Source of the DNA: an uncultured virus (IMG/VR IMGVR_UViG_3300020595_000014)
Taxonomy: Duplodnaviria > Heunggongvirae > Uroviricota > Caudoviricetes
IMG/VR virus record: IMGVR_UViG_3300020595_000014
Strand: one strand, 5' to 3'
Length of the DNA stretch: 20,000 nt
The translations under genes and the position numbers were made by a program. Below, one piece after another: positions 1 to 9,686 of this stretch; within the stretch, counting starts at the first letter, position 1; the number at the start of each line of letters is the position of its first letter. The notes beneath the pieces are model-generated. The model made no database searches. It worked only from the letters and a program-made list of their open reading frames with translations, and was not told where the DNA came from.

Positions 1-168
1 AATAGATCAACGACTGATCGTTACGTTGATGATAAAGAGTGGATCAATAGAGATTGGGACTCACTAACACCATGGCAAAGAATTCTTATTACAAAGATCG
101 AAGCTCTAACATACTTTGCTGGCGGGGCACTTATTGCCGCTGGTTTAGTTATAATTATTAATGTATAA
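1..168 (+). CDS. 3' part of a small membrane protein (possible holin-like), truncated by the window edge
   Basis: Frame 1 is open from base 1 to TAA at 166-168 (...DWDSLTPWQRILITKIEALTYFAGGALIAAGLVIIINV*). It has a hydrophobic C-terminus and overlaps the lysozyme start by 8 nt. Confidence 0.6.
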   Translation, partial: NRSTTDRYVDDKEWINRDWDSLTPWQRILITKIEALTYFAGGALIAAGLVIIINV

Positions 169-835
169 GCTCCTTGCATGCCTTGCGTGTCTCCTCCTAT
201 TAGCCTTTGCTAACCGCGGGCTAATAGGAGGCCCGACACCACCAAAGAGACATAACCCTCTCACGCATCACGAGGAGTTGTGGGATAGTGTTGAGATAAA
301 AGGCTCACAAGTATTTCGAATCGATAAGGCTATCTCACTATATGTCGACAGCAAACCTACGTATGTGGCTATTGAGAAAATGAGAACTGGAGGGGTACCC
401 TCTGCAGTCGTCTTTGTTTTACATGGTAGAGAGTCCACGTGGAGCTTCAAGAAGCATCTACATGAAGGGTCACCGCTAACTACAAGGACAAGATGGGTCC
501 CCAAGGGGAGACCTAAGGCTCCACCAGCCAACGGTATGTCTTATACGTTCTTAGAGTCAGCAGAAGATGCTCTATATAAGTTAAAAGATCTTGAAAGTAT
601 CGATTGGACAATATGTAACGACGCCCTATACAATATTGAGAAGTATAATGGATTAGGCTATCTTAAATACAGACCAATACACTCGCCTTACCTATGGGCT
701 GGTACAAACCATTACACTAAAGGTAAATATGTTGCCGATGGTAGGTACTCATCTACAGCTATCGATAAGCAATTAGGCACATGCGCCATTCTTAAGAGAA
801 TGTCGGATAGAGGTATTGATATAGGGTTTAAGTAG
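161..835 (+). CDS. Lysozyme-family protein (COG5526-like), probable endolysin with an N-terminal hydrophobic signal/SAR-like segment
   Basis: Motifs HGRES, LHEGSPL..RT..VPKGRP, EKYNGLGY, SPYLWAGT..Y..GKYVADG and DKQLG are typical of this family. N-terminus is MYKLLACLACLLLLAFA. Confidence 0.8.
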   Translation: MYKLLACLACLLLLAFANRGLIGGPTPPKRHNPLTHHEELWDSVEIKGSQVFRIDKAISLYVDSKPTYVAIEKMRTGGVPSAVVFVLHGRESTWSFKKHLHEGSPLTTRTRWVPKGRPKAPPANGMSYTFLESAEDALYKLKDLESIDWTICNDALYNIEKYNGLGYLKYRPIHSPYLWAGTNHYTKGKYVADGRYSSTAIDKQLGTCAILKRMSDRGIDIGFK

Positions 836-845
836 TTAAACTCAC

Positions 846-2474
846 TTACATCATTCCACTCATGGGTGAGCCCATTTCATGAGGTGCTTCGGCGCTAGCT
901 GATGTGGGTTCATTTACAATTAAACATTCAGTAGTTAATAGCATTCCGGCGACTGATCCTGCATTCTGCAGAGCCGATCGCGTTACCTTTGTAGGGTCAA
1001 CAATACCAGCTTCAAGTAAATCGACGTACTCATCTGTCGCTACATTATAACCTAGTCCTAATTCGAGAATCTTAAGAACAATTTGCGACCCATCGACGCC
1101 AGCATTCTTGCATAGCTGTCTAATTGGAGCCTCAACAGACTTCTCAACTAATCGAGCGCCGATAGCTTCATCACCTTCAAGGCGAGTAGCTGCCTCAGCA
1201 ATGGCGCCCTTAGCTTTAAGCAGTGCAGTACCACCACCAGGTACAATACCCTCTTCTACAGCCGCTCTTGTTGCTGCGAGTGCATCATCGACTCTATCCT
1301 TCTTCTCCTTCATTTCAGGTTCTGTTTGAGCACCTACATTAATAACACCAATACCACCCGTTAGTTTAGCTAACCGCTGTTGTAGTTGATCACGGTCGAA
1401 ATCAGATCCTGATTGCTTAATCATTTCTTTAATTAGATCGACACGTGCTGCAATAGCTGGTGTATTACCTCTACCGTCTACTATAGTGGTAGCTTCGCGA
1501 GTGATCGTTACCTTCCGAGCTTTTCCAAGATGTTCGAGTTTAATGTTTTCAAGTCGAAGTGTATCATCACCAGTTACAACGGTGCCATCTGTAAGTGCTG
1601 CAATATCGTAGAGTGAGTCGCGGCGACGGTCTCCGAACCCGGGTGACTTAACTGCAGCGACGTTCAATGTACCTCTTAACTTATTTACAACTAGTGCCGA
1701 GAGAGCTTCACCTTCAACATCCTCCGCGAGAATGAGTAGAGGCTGATTCTTCTTAGCAACAAGCTGTAGCAGTGGTAGTAGTTCATTTAGGTTAGTGATC
1801 TTTTTTTCGCATAGCAGAATTAGAGCATTATCAAACGCTACATCCATACTCGCCTCGTTTGTTACGAAGTGCGGACTAAGATAGCCTCTATCGAATTGCA
1901 TACCCTCGACAACGTTCAATGTAGTTTCTAACCCAGAGCCTTCTTCTACAGTAATAGTACCGTCACTACCTACCTTCTCCATAGCATCAGCGATAATATC
2001 GCCAACGTCTTTATCCCAGTTAGCAGATACAGTCGCAATCTGGCGAATGTCATTCATATCTTTAACCGGCTTGCTAATTGCTTTAATGCTCTCAACAGCT
2101 GCAGCTACTCCTTTATCAATGCCTCTTTTAACAAATACCGGGTTAGATCCAGCTGCTACGCTCTTGAGGCCTTCCTGGTATATTGCCTCGGCAAGTACCG
2201 TAGCAGTTGTCGTACCATCTCCAGCACTATTAGCAGTACGGCTGGCGACCTCATGTACCATTTGTGCGCCCATGTTTTCAAACGGGTCTGCTATAGAAAC
2301 CTCCTTAGCGACTGAAACGCCATCCTTTGTAACAGCCGGTACACCAAAGGATTTTCCAATCATTACGTTTCGACCTTTTGGTCCAAGCGTGACCTTTACG
2401 GCCTTAGCTAATGTCTTAACACCAGCCAGGATCTTTCTACGACCTTCATCGTCGAATAAAATTTGTTTACTCAT
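846..2474 (-). CDS. groEL: Chaperonin GroEL (Cpn60)
   Basis: 542 aa with [67 protein letters not shown] and a G/M-rich tail. Confidence 0.99.
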   Translation of the reverse strand: MSKQILFDDEGRRKILAGVKTLAKAVKVTLGPKGRNVMIGKSFGVPAVTKDGVSVAKEVSIADPFENMGAQMVHEVASRTANSAGDGTTTATVLAEAIYQEGLKSVAAGSNPVFVKRGIDKGVAAAVESIKAISKPVKDMNDIRQIATVSANWDKDVGDIIADAMEKVGSDGTITVEEGSGLETTLNVVEGMQFDRGYLSPHFVTNEASMDVAFDNALILLCEKKITNLNELLPLLQLVAKKNQPLLILAEDVEGEALSALVVNKLRGTLNVAAVKSPGFGDRRRDSLYDIAALTDGTVVTGDDTLRLENIKLEHLGKARKVTITREATTIVDGRGNTPAIAARVDLIKEMIKQSGSDFDRDQLQQRLAKLTGGIGVINVGAQTEPEMKEKKDRVDDALAATRAAVEEGIVPGGGTALLKAKGAIAEAATRLEGDEAIGARLVEKSVEAPIRQLCKNAGVDGSQIVLKILELGLGYNVATDEYVDLLEAGIVDPTKVTRSALQNAGSVAGMLLTTECLIVNEPTSASAEAPHEMGSPMSGMM

Positions 2475-2483
2475 ATATATAGT

Positions 2484-2511
2484 ATTTTATGGGTAAAAAT
2501 CAAAAAATCAA
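2484..2511 (-). promoter_or_regulatory. Possible sigma70-type promoter for groEL
   Basis: Minus strand TTGATT (2511-2506), 16 nt, TAAAAT (2489-2484), 9 nt before ATG. No Shine-Dalgarno sequence. Confidence 0.4.
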
Positions 2512-2541
2512 TAGTACACCCTTATATTTTATGGTAAATAA

Positions 2542-2549
2542 CATAAATA
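2542..2549 (+). promoter_or_regulatory. T4-like late promoter variant (CATAAATA)
   Basis: CATAAATA, 5 nt, ATG at 2555. Same spacing as three other copies in the window. Confidence 0.55.
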
Positions 2550-2554
2550 ATAAT

Positions 2555-3424
2555 ATGGCTAAATTATGGACTCCTATTTTCCTACCCTTCGGTTCTTTAA
2601 CGAACTGGTACGACTCGACTGATACTACTACATTAACTCTCTCAACAGGCGATACAGTTGCAGATTGGAGAGATAAGAGTTATGATGCTAACAATCTTTC
2701 AGAAGCTGATTTTGCTGATTTACCTATTTACGGCACTACAAATATCAATGGCTTATCAACAGTTGACTTTGATGGTGGTACTGCTGTTAACTTAGATGAT
2801 AATAGTGTTAATACACCTACTGATAGTAATTCTAATTTATATATAATATATGTAGGTTTTAATAACACATGGACGTCGACATCAACGATGTTTAACTTCA
2901 CCAACGTAGCCGGCGACAGTATGCTTTTGAGAAATGGCGGCGCGACAACCACACAATTGTTAATAAAAAAGGGCGCTGCCTTTAATTTAAATACGAATTT
3001 AACCAAGCCTAGTGATAACCGAACTGTTATATATACAATCGACTGTACAGATAGTAGTGATGTGACACTGGAGCTGAATTACACTAATGCACAAACTAGT
3101 CCTCGCAACCTCGCGAACAATCCAGGCTTATATACCAATCTTACATTAGGTGCGCAAAGTATTGATCTCAATGGTCTTAATGGACAAGCTGGTGAATTTG
3201 TTGTTGTACAACAAGCCAACATGACACTTGAAGACAAACAAAAGCTTGAAGGCTATACAGCATGGAAGTGGGGCCAGGTAGCTAATCTACCAGGTGGCCA
3301 TCCTTACGAGACTGCAGCACCTACTGTTACTGATGTAGAGTTTAGAAACAAGCTGTACGAAACATCAACCGAAGAAGGTTCTTCTAGATTCCGTAGATTG
3401 TTCGAACTTGGATTCGTTGGCTAA
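2555..3424 (+). CDS. Putative virion protein with a LamG/ConA-like domain
   Basis: Likely start is ATG 2555 (MAKLWTP). Motifs WYDSTD...V.DWRDKS and EGYTAWKWG...LP..HPY are typical of phage ConA-like structural proteins. T/N-rich. Confidence 0.65.
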   Translation: MAKLWTPIFLPFGSLTNWYDSTDTTTLTLSTGDTVADWRDKSYDANNLSEADFADLPIYGTTNINGLSTVDFDGGTAVNLDDNSVNTPTDSNSNLYIIYVGFNNTWTSTSTMFNFTNVAGDSMLLRNGGATTTQLLIKKGAAFNLNTNLTKPSDNRTVIYTIDCTDSSDVTLELNYTNAQTSPRNLANNPGLYTNLTLGAQSIDLNGLNGQAGEFVVVQQANMTLEDKQKLEGYTAWKWGQVANLPGGHPYETAAPTVTDVEFRNKLYETSTEEGSSRFRRLFELGFVG

Positions 3425-3428
3425 TTGA

Positions 3429-4226
3429 CTACAGTTGATTTATCCAATCAAAGCTCTGTTTTATCTGCTCTGAGAACTCCTTACCTAAGACGTTATGCCA
3501 ATCTGGCTTTAACGGCTTGACCACGTTACGGATCTTATGCTCACCGTAAGGCCAACCAAGTTCATGTTCATCTGTATACTGTTCTACGTTTAGCGGATTG
3601 ACCTCAAACCTATCCATTTCTAGATAATCCCAGACTGCATTCATTGCTTCGACAGGATTGGCGGTGAGATCCTCTGCATGGACAAAGTGTAGTTTATCTT
3701 TATGTGTTTTTATTGCATCATGCAATCTCTCTACTGCAATACCAAGTGGTGGAGTATTGAGCCATCCCTGCGACCTCTTCTCAATGGTTGTCCAGTTCTG
3801 TGGATTCTGCTTTTCAATACCAACAAATCTTGACGGGTGCTTCATTCTTAGCTTCTCAAAACTAGAAAGAATGCCTCTTACATCTCTAACTGGCACTAAT
3901 ACTTTAGCATCTGGAAATACTTTATACAATTGATCCAAATGACCAATCCATGATCTGCACTTATCAACAACTACTGGTCTATCTGTGTCGCCATCAAATG
4001 CGCTTTTAATACCACCTCTAAGGAAATTGTGGTATTGTCTTTCACCATCTAGTGGGTTTTTAAATGTTTTAAATTCCTCTGTTTCAAAAAAGTCTCTAGC
4101 AATATATCCTATTTCATGAACACCAGATGTAGCAGTTGCATGTACCTCAGGGTTTTGTGCTAATAGATTTTGAAGAAGAGTAGAGCATGCTCTAGGAAGA
4201 CCAGATGTGAAATGAACTGTTTTCAT
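3429..4226 (-). CDS. Sulfotransferase family protein
   Basis: 5'-PSB loop SGLPRACSTLL, DKCRSW, 3'-PB motif VRDVRGILSS and a C-terminal AEDL...P..AM..VWDYL pattern. Confidence 0.85.
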   Translation of the reverse strand: MKTVHFTSGLPRACSTLLQNLLAQNPEVHATATSGVHEIGYIARDFFETEEFKTFKNPLDGERQYHNFLRGGIKSAFDGDTDRPVVVDKCRSWIGHLDQLYKVFPDAKVLVPVRDVRGILSSFEKLRMKHPSRFVGIEKQNPQNWTTIEKRSQGWLNTPPLGIAVERLHDAIKTHKDKLHFVHAEDLTANPVEAMNAVWDYLEMDRFEVNPLNVEQYTDEHELGWPYGEHKIRNVVKPLKPDWHNVLGKEFSEQIKQSFDWINQL

Positions 4227-4234
4227 ATACTAGT

Positions 4235-4262
4235 ATTATATATACTAATAATAAAAAGTCAA
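4235..4262 (-). promoter_or_regulatory. Sigma70-type promoter for the sulfotransferase gene
   Basis: Minus strand TTGACT (4262-4257), 16 nt, TATAAT (4240-4235), 8 nt upstream of ATG 4226. Confidence 0.65.
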
Positions 4263-4269
4263 GAAAGAA

Positions 4270-5349
4270 TTATGGTATGTTAGGGTAGTTTGCCCAATCT
4301 ATTACGGTTACTCCAGATTTACCGCCAACTGTTTGACCAGCGCCTAATGTCCAGCCATTGGCTACTGCGTCATTAGCATAGACTGTGGTTAATCCAGAGT
4401 TGTTAAATGCATCACTACCAACGTTTGCTAGTGGCGGCGCTAGATATGCTGTAGTTAAGCCAGAGCAATTATAAAAAGCATAAGTCCCAATACTCGTAAC
4501 ACTATTTGGAATCACTAAACTAGTAAAGCCAGAGCAACTATCAAACGCATAATTTCCAATAGTAGTAACACTATCTGGAATCACTAAATCACCAGTAAAG
4601 CCAGAGCAATCATTAAAAGCATACTGTCCGATAATCGTAACACTATTTGGAATGACTAATGAACCAGTTAAGCCAGTGCAAAAATCAAAAGCATAACTCC
4701 CAATAACCTCTACTGTATTAGGTATACTTAATTCACCCACAACCCCACTTGCCTCAAATGGACCATAAACGGAGTCGATTGCACCAAGGTTAACAACACT
4801 TCCTAAATCTAAAGTAAACTGTGATCCCTGTGTATCGTAAAATATTGGACCATAAATATTCTTACAACTATCCAACAAAGTAACACTCTCTATACTACCA
4901 CAGGCTTCAAACGCACCATACCCATCTGCTGGATCACCGAGGGTCTCCATTTCTATAGTTATATCAGTGATATTTGTACCATAAAAGGCACCTACGCCAA
5001 GGGACAGGGTACTAGGCAGAAATATGCTGCCGGTTATAGGTGTATCAACAAAGGCATAATCCCCTATACTCGTTAAAGTAGAGGGCAGGGGATTAATAGG
5101 ACCGAGCTCAGTAAGGCTGCTATTATAACCAAAGGCGTAACTACCTATACTTGTGCATGATGTTCCAATCTGTAATTGTTTAATGTCACTTTCCTTCTTC
5201 CAATCATCAGGTATATCTCCCTGCACTTGACCAATCTCACCATTCGTTGTGCTACTCCAAACAATCGTAGGTGTTTTAAACTCCTGCTCATCTTGGAGGG
5301 TGAGTTCTACTACATTGTTGGTAATTTGTCCTTTGTATGTTTTGCTCAT
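4270..5349 (-). CDS. BspA-like leucine-rich repeat (LRR_5) protein, putative adhesin/receptor-binding protein
   Basis: Repeats such as LVIPNSVTIIGQYAFNDCSGFTG and LVIPDSVTTIGNYAFDSCSG. Lies in the virion gene cluster. Confidence 0.85.
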   Translation of the reverse strand: MSKTYKGQITNNVVELTLQDEQEFKTPTIVWSSTTNGEIGQVQGDIPDDWKKESDIKQLQIGTSCTSIGSYAFGYNSSLTELGPINPLPSTLTSIGDYAFVDTPITGSIFLPSTLSLGVGAFYGTNITDITIEMETLGDPADGYGAFEACGSIESVTLLDSCKNIYGPIFYDTQGSQFTLDLGSVVNLGAIDSVYGPFEASGVVGELSIPNTVEVIGSYAFDFCTGLTGSLVIPNSVTIIGQYAFNDCSGFTGDLVIPDSVTTIGNYAFDSCSGFTSLVIPNSVTSIGTYAFYNCSGLTTAYLAPPLANVGSDAFNNSGLTTVYANDAVANGWTLGAGQTVGGKSGVTVIDWANYPNIP

Positions 5350-5353
5350 GAGT

Positions 5354-6001
5354 CTATACTAAATCCTTTATAACTTCTATACCATAAATACCACCAATGT
5401 TCTGATTAGTTCCAGCAGTCCATGTACTGTCACTCACTCTAGCATGAATAGTGGCTAAGTTACTTGACCCGATAAACACTTCTGTATTTTCATCAATAAC
5501 TGTTTTAGATATATAACAATTAACATTAGTGAGGTTACTATTTATGCCAAAAGACCAATCTCCTATAAGCTGAACATTTCTACCTATGGTGAGGTTAGGG
5601 CCATATGTACATCCTGCAAAAACAGCAGAATAATCCAAATTATCCCCGATAGTTGTAACACTATCTGGTATAACTAAGTCACCTGTTATATTAGTTGCAA
5701 AATAAAACGCACCGCTTTCAATTGTTGTAACACTGTCTGGAATTACTAATTGGCAGTTGTATCTGTTGCCACCTAAACTGTTAAAACCGATTTTTGTACA
5801 AGATGTACCTAAAACGATTGCTTCACTGTCAGCTCCGTACCCGGCAAACCCACCAGTTGTTGCTTGGTCTATATCACCAAATATCTGGATAACTTCATTC
5901 ACCCCAGTATTCTTTGTAATAACAGTAGGTGTGCCAACAGGATCAAGCAAGTTAAGCTCAACTACATTATTAGTTACATTGCCTTTAAATAACTTGCTCA
6001 T
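5354..6001 (-). CDS. Short BspA-like LRR protein
   Basis: LVIPDSVTTIESGAFYFA and LVIPDSVTTIGD repeats. N-terminus shared with the other two LRR proteins. Confidence 0.8.
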   Translation of the reverse strand: MSKLFKGNVTNNVVELNLLDPVGTPTVITKNTGVNEVIQIFGDIDQATTGGFAGYGADSEAIVLGTSCTKIGFNSLGGNRYNCQLVIPDSVTTIESGAFYFATNITGDLVIPDSVTTIGDNLDYSAVFAGCTYGPNLTIGRNVQLIGDWSFGINSNLTNVNCYISKTVIDENTEVFIGSSNLATIHARVSDSTWTAGTNQNIGGIYGIEVIKDLV

Positions 6002-6007
6002 ATTAAA

Positions 6008-6574
6008 TTACCATGTGATTGCCTGTAACTCCACTATAGTAGTTGCGGCAGTGATTTCGTCATTGATTGCCTTTTCTCTTGCGAAAGAAGTTTGAATGTG
6101 ACTTGTGATTGCATCTGCTATTGAAGCAATCAATGTAGCATCAACAGTAATGAATGATCCATCACCGATCTTCCAATCAGTAGTGAATGCAGGGTCTGCA
6201 ACTGCTAGTGAATTTGCTTGATAAATCCTTGCTACTGTAAGTCTATCAGTTCTTACTGGCAAACCACCAACATCAATACCTCCGACTTCTACATTGTATC
6301 TTTTATCGGCGTAATGATCTCTTGAATGTTTCTTTGCACCATCAATATCTGCGCCAAAGTCTGTGAGTTGTTGATTGAATCTTTCTGTTTGTTTTTGCTC
6401 TCTAAATTCATCTTGTGTCAGTAGAGTACCGTTAACAATAAAGTATGTTTCATCAGAGGCATCAACAGTAGCTGCATCTGCATCTGAAATTTCGCTATAG
6501 TGTGGAGCTTCTGTCGGCTCTACATCTTCTATTCTGCGGATTCGTCCTTGAGGACCTGTGATTGCGTATTTCAT
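6008..6574 (-). CDS. DUF4376-like tail-fibre-associated protein
   Basis: C-terminal RYNVEVGGIDV.G.PVRTDR...WKIGDGSF..VDA...HIQTSFARE...I.AA.T..EL.AITW pattern matches DUF4376 as I recall it. Confidence 0.75.
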   Translation of the reverse strand: MKYAITGPQGRIRRIEDVEPTEAPHYSEISDADAATVDASDETYFIVNGTLLTQDEFREQKQTERFNQQLTDFGADIDGAKKHSRDHYADKRYNVEVGGIDVGGLPVRTDRLTVARIYQANSLAVADPAFTTDWKIGDGSFITVDATLIASIADAITSHIQTSFAREKAINDEITAATTIVELQAITW

Positions 6575-6594
6575 TTTTTTGTTTTAGTTAAAAT

Positions 6595-7599
6595 TTATGG
6601 TATGTTAGGGTAGTTAGTCCAAGGTAGCACTGTCATACCAGATCCTCCTTGGAATGTGGCACTATATTGACCAATGACATCAGGTCCTTCGTATATATTA
6701 ACAAGTGCAGTTGTGTTCAATAAAGCACCCGTTCCAACCCACGATGCTGCTGGTGTGTTGGTGTAAAGAGTAGTAATGGAAGAGCAATAACGAAAAGCCT
6801 GACTCCCAATACTCGTCACACTATCTGGAATCACTAAATTGCCAGTTAAGGCAGTGCAACCTTTAAAAGCAAACCCCCCAATACTCGTAATACCATCTGG
6901 AATCACTAATTCACCAGTTAAGCCAGAGCAATTATAAAAACCATTACCCCCAATAGTTTCAACACTATCTGGAATGACGAGCGAGCCAGTAAGAGAAGAA
7001 CAATCCGCGAAGGTATAGCTATAGATTGTATTTATATTATTAGAGATAGTTAATGATCCGTTGAAGCCTGTGCAGTCCCAAAAAGCACCTTCGCCGAGAC
7101 TTGTAACACTATCGGGGATTACCAAATCACCTGTAAACCCTGGATCAAAAGCAAAGGCATTGTTACCAATACTAGTAACACTATCTGGAATGACTAAGTC
7201 GCCAGTAAAACCACATTCACCCAAAGCATAGTCGCCGATGCTCGTAACATTACTTCCAATAGTTAGCGAACCGTTAAGGCTACTACCACAGTAATAAAAT
7301 GCGTAAGATCCGATGTTCGTAACACTATCTGGAATTACTAAATCACCAGTTAATTGATTGCAATAGTAAAAAGCATAACTCCCAATACTTGTGCAACTTG
7401 TTCCAATAGCAAGCCCCTTCATGTCATTGCGAGCATCATAAAACCCACTACCCTGAACAATATCTCCATTATGAACTACTTTGATTTCACCATTATTAGT
7501 TCCACCAATACCATAGGACAATGTGCCAGCATCTCCATCCAGTAAGTTTAATTCAACTACACTGTTAGTGACTTCACCTCTGAATGATTTACCTGCCAT
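6595..7599 (-). CDS. BspA-like LRR protein, putative adhesin/receptor-binding protein
   Basis: About 9 tandem ~24-aa repeats (LTGDLVIPDSVTSIGxxAFxxC). C-terminus WTNYPNIP is shared with 4270-5349. Confidence 0.85.
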   Translation of the reverse strand: MAGKSFRGEVTNSVVELNLLDGDAGTLSYGIGGTNNGEIKVVHNGDIVQGSGFYDARNDMKGLAIGTSCTSIGSYAFYYCNQLTGDLVIPDSVTNIGSYAFYYCGSSLNGSLTIGSNVTSIGDYALGECGFTGDLVIPDSVTSIGNNAFAFDPGFTGDLVIPDSVTSLGEGAFWDCTGFNGSLTISNNINTIYSYTFADCSSLTGSLVIPDSVETIGGNGFYNCSGLTGELVIPDGITSIGGFAFKGCTALTGNLVIPDSVTSIGSQAFRYCSSITTLYTNTPAASWVGTGALLNTTALVNIYEGPDVIGQYSATFQGGSGMTVLPWTNYPNIP

Positions 7600-7605
7600 G
7601 ATACG

Positions 7606-8064
7606 TTATGATGCCTCTGTTTTATTAACTGTTACTTCCCAAACTACACTGTCTGCAGAATCACCAGTTACTTTAAACACTAATGCATCATTTGTATCGT
7701 CTGCTTCGACTGTAATATCCCATGTTGCATCTTCTTCTGCGAAAACTGTCTTCACTGCAGTACCTACTAATGAGGTTGTACCTCCATCATTTTTAATAAC
7801 GCCTTCGATCTTATAACCAGCACTCTCTGTAGCTGATCTTGCAGCAACCATAGCTGAGAACATCCATGTTGTGTTAGTCGCTATAGTCATACGACTGTTA
7901 GCAACTCCATCAACAAAAATTTCAACGTCCGCAGTAGCGTCTGTGGTTGTACCTGATAGTGTAGTACCGCCACTGGGAGTAATTCCTAAAACTGTTTTTG
8001 CTGCATCTGCATCTGCAGCTTGCATAAAATTATCGATTGTAGTTGATACTGTAAAATCTGCCAT
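7606..8064 (-). CDS. Putative virion/tail-associated beta-rich protein
   Basis: Likely start is ATG 8064 (MADFTVSTT), 5 nt after ATTAAATA. T/A/V/D-rich beta-strand pattern. Confidence 0.6.
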   Translation of the reverse strand: MADFTVSTTIDNFMQAADADAAKTVLGITPSGGTTLSGTTTDATADVEIFVDGVANSRMTIATNTTWMFSAMVAARSATESAGYKIEGVIKNDGGTTSLVGTAVKTVFAEEDATWDITVEADDTNDALVFKVTGDSADSVVWEVTVNKTEAS

Positions 8065-8069
8065 ATTAT

Positions 8070-8077
8070 TATTTAAT
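8070..8077 (-). promoter_or_regulatory. T4-like late promoter variant (ATTAAATA)
   Basis: ATTAAATA, then ATAAT, then ATG 8064 on the minus strand. Confidence 0.5.
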
Positions 8078-8108
8078 ATATATTCTACAATAACCACGCC
8101 ATTCTATC

Positions 8109-8753
8109 TTATAGATCCGCGTATTGTACATAATTACCACCGTTGTGGAACGCATCTACATGTTCTTGTGTCCAAGGTATATTCGCCCTACCCCAAATTG
8201 CAAAAGATGTCTGCTGACAATCCCAGCACCTCCACCAACTTGTATGTGGGTTGCTTGTGCCAGTTATCGTGTTAATAAGAATACCATTTTTATAAACCTC
8301 CATTGTGAACCCGCTCTTAGAAAACACGAACGTGTCCCATTGTTGATTAATATGTGTTATTCGTCTAAACGAACTGCTTGAGGCACTTACATTTATTCCT
8401 GAACTTGTCGTCTCTTTGATGTTCTCCCCTACGTTTGTAGATCCTGTGCCAGCCCAATTTCGATAACCGTTAGCACTTTTCCTCCCCGCCAAAGCAAATA
8501 TTGTATAGGATGTAAAATCAGTAGCAGGGTTGTTCATATGTAATGTAATTGAACCCGGGTCTCGGCTAGGGTTGAATGTATCGGTAAAGGGAGATGGTGG
8601 AGCTAAACTTTTAGATCCTCGCAATCCACCGATAGTGGCTGTACCGCCTACCTTGTCTACTTTGTCACCATCTTCCCACCAATGTACAAGACCTTCTTTA
8701 AGATCAATTCCACCTCTCTTACCAGCTAATGATATTGGAAAATTAATACTCAT
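8109..8753 (-). CDS. LamG/concanavalin A-like domain protein
   Basis: LKEGLVHWW...DKVG, QWDTFVFSKSG..MEVYKNG and final V.AFHNGG..VQYADL patterns. Confidence 0.65.
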   Translation of the reverse strand: MSINFPISLAGKRGGIDLKEGLVHWWEDGDKVDKVGGTATIGGLRGSKSLAPPSPFTDTFNPSRDPGSITLHMNNPATDFTSYTIFALAGRKSANGYRNWAGTGSTNVGENIKETTSSGINVSASSSSFRRITHINQQWDTFVFSKSGFTMEVYKNGILINTITGTSNPHTSWWRCWDCQQTSFAIWGRANIPWTQEHVDAFHNGGNYVQYADL

Positions 8754-9256
8754 TAGACCTCAATGGCATACGCTTGCTGGAAAAGAGAATCTAAATCTTG
8801 ATCAGATAAACCTAGTGATGTGGCTAGGGTAATGAGTAGCGTTGAATCTCTCCTAAGAGTGTTACCTCCAAAGAATACTTCTTTCGCGACAGCTTTTTCG
8901 AGCGGATCAGCTATAGAGTCGATAGTTGTAGCTACATAATCAATCAATAGACCATCTGCATGCGGAGTAACATCAGCAATAGCTCTAACACGCCAAGCTG
9001 GTACTTCATACCATTCTGGTTCTAATTCATCATCCGAAATAGCCACTTGAGTCCATCCATATTGCTCTGTGGTAAGTTCACGTGACCACAAAAACCCTTC
9101 TGCAGGCTCTTCTTCCGGAATGTCAAGTTCTTCTACATATGCGTAGCCTGCAGGAGTCGGTGGAGCAGCTACATCACGTACTAACGTAGAAGGGAGACCA
9201 TTTATACTCTTATTATATAAGGCTAACGGGTCAAGTTGTATTAAACGATATTTCAT
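8753..9256 (-). CDS. Hypothetical tail-associated protein
   Basis: 167-aa ORF overlapping the next gene by 1 nt. C-terminal RRDSTLLITLATSLGLSDQDLDSLFQQA resembles phage tail-fibre accessory proteins. Confidence 0.6.
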   Translation of the reverse strand: MKYRLIQLDPLALYNKSINGLPSTLVRDVAAPPTPAGYAYVEELDIPEEEPAEGFLWSRELTTEQYGWTQVAISDDELEPEWYEVPAWRVRAIADVTPHADGLLIDYVATTIDSIADPLEKAVAKEVFFGGNTLRRDSTLLITLATSLGLSDQDLDSLFQQAYAIEV

Positions 9257-9274
9257 AAGTCTTTTTATAAATTA

Positions 9275-9673
9275 TTAGCTACTAACTTCACTTGTAAAGT
9301 ATAGCATACTCGGACTACCTGGCACGCTCGTACTCTCTGAATGATAAAGCCAACCAACGATACATACATCGCCTGCTACCATTGTTGCTATGTCAGCTAC
9401 ATCTCCTGCCAAATACTTATCATCAGGACTACCTCCAAAGAAGGTCCAGGGACCATTTCCATCCTGTGTGATGCATATCGAGCCACTATCACCTGGAGAT
9501 AAGTCCATGAATAATGACCAATCGACTGATGATACATCCTCTGTTAAGTCTAAGGACGTATTGTACGCTGTTATACTCACAGTGTTAGAAGATACCAGCA
9601 CTGGCTCTGGTGCAAGGTCTGGGTCTAGTTTATGCCAATTACCAGCTGTTGCGGTAGTAAGTTTATATTTCAT
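9275..9673 (-). CDS. Hypothetical protein (possible virion component)
   Basis: 132-aa ORF co-oriented and closely packed in the late operon. Confidence 0.6.
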   Translation of the reverse strand: MKYKLTTATAGNWHKLDPDLAPEPVLVSSNTVSITAYNTSLDLTEDVSSVDWSLFMDLSPGDSGSICITQDGNGPWTFFGGSPDDKYLAGDVADIATMVAGDVCIVGWLYHSESTSVPGSPSMLYFTSEVSS

Positions 9674-9686
9674 TGTATGTCAGAAT

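Noticed and set aside
4270..7599. Diversity-generating retroelement acting on the LRR genes
   Set aside because: No reverse transcriptase is in the window, and I could not find a template/variable repeat pair differing only at adenines.
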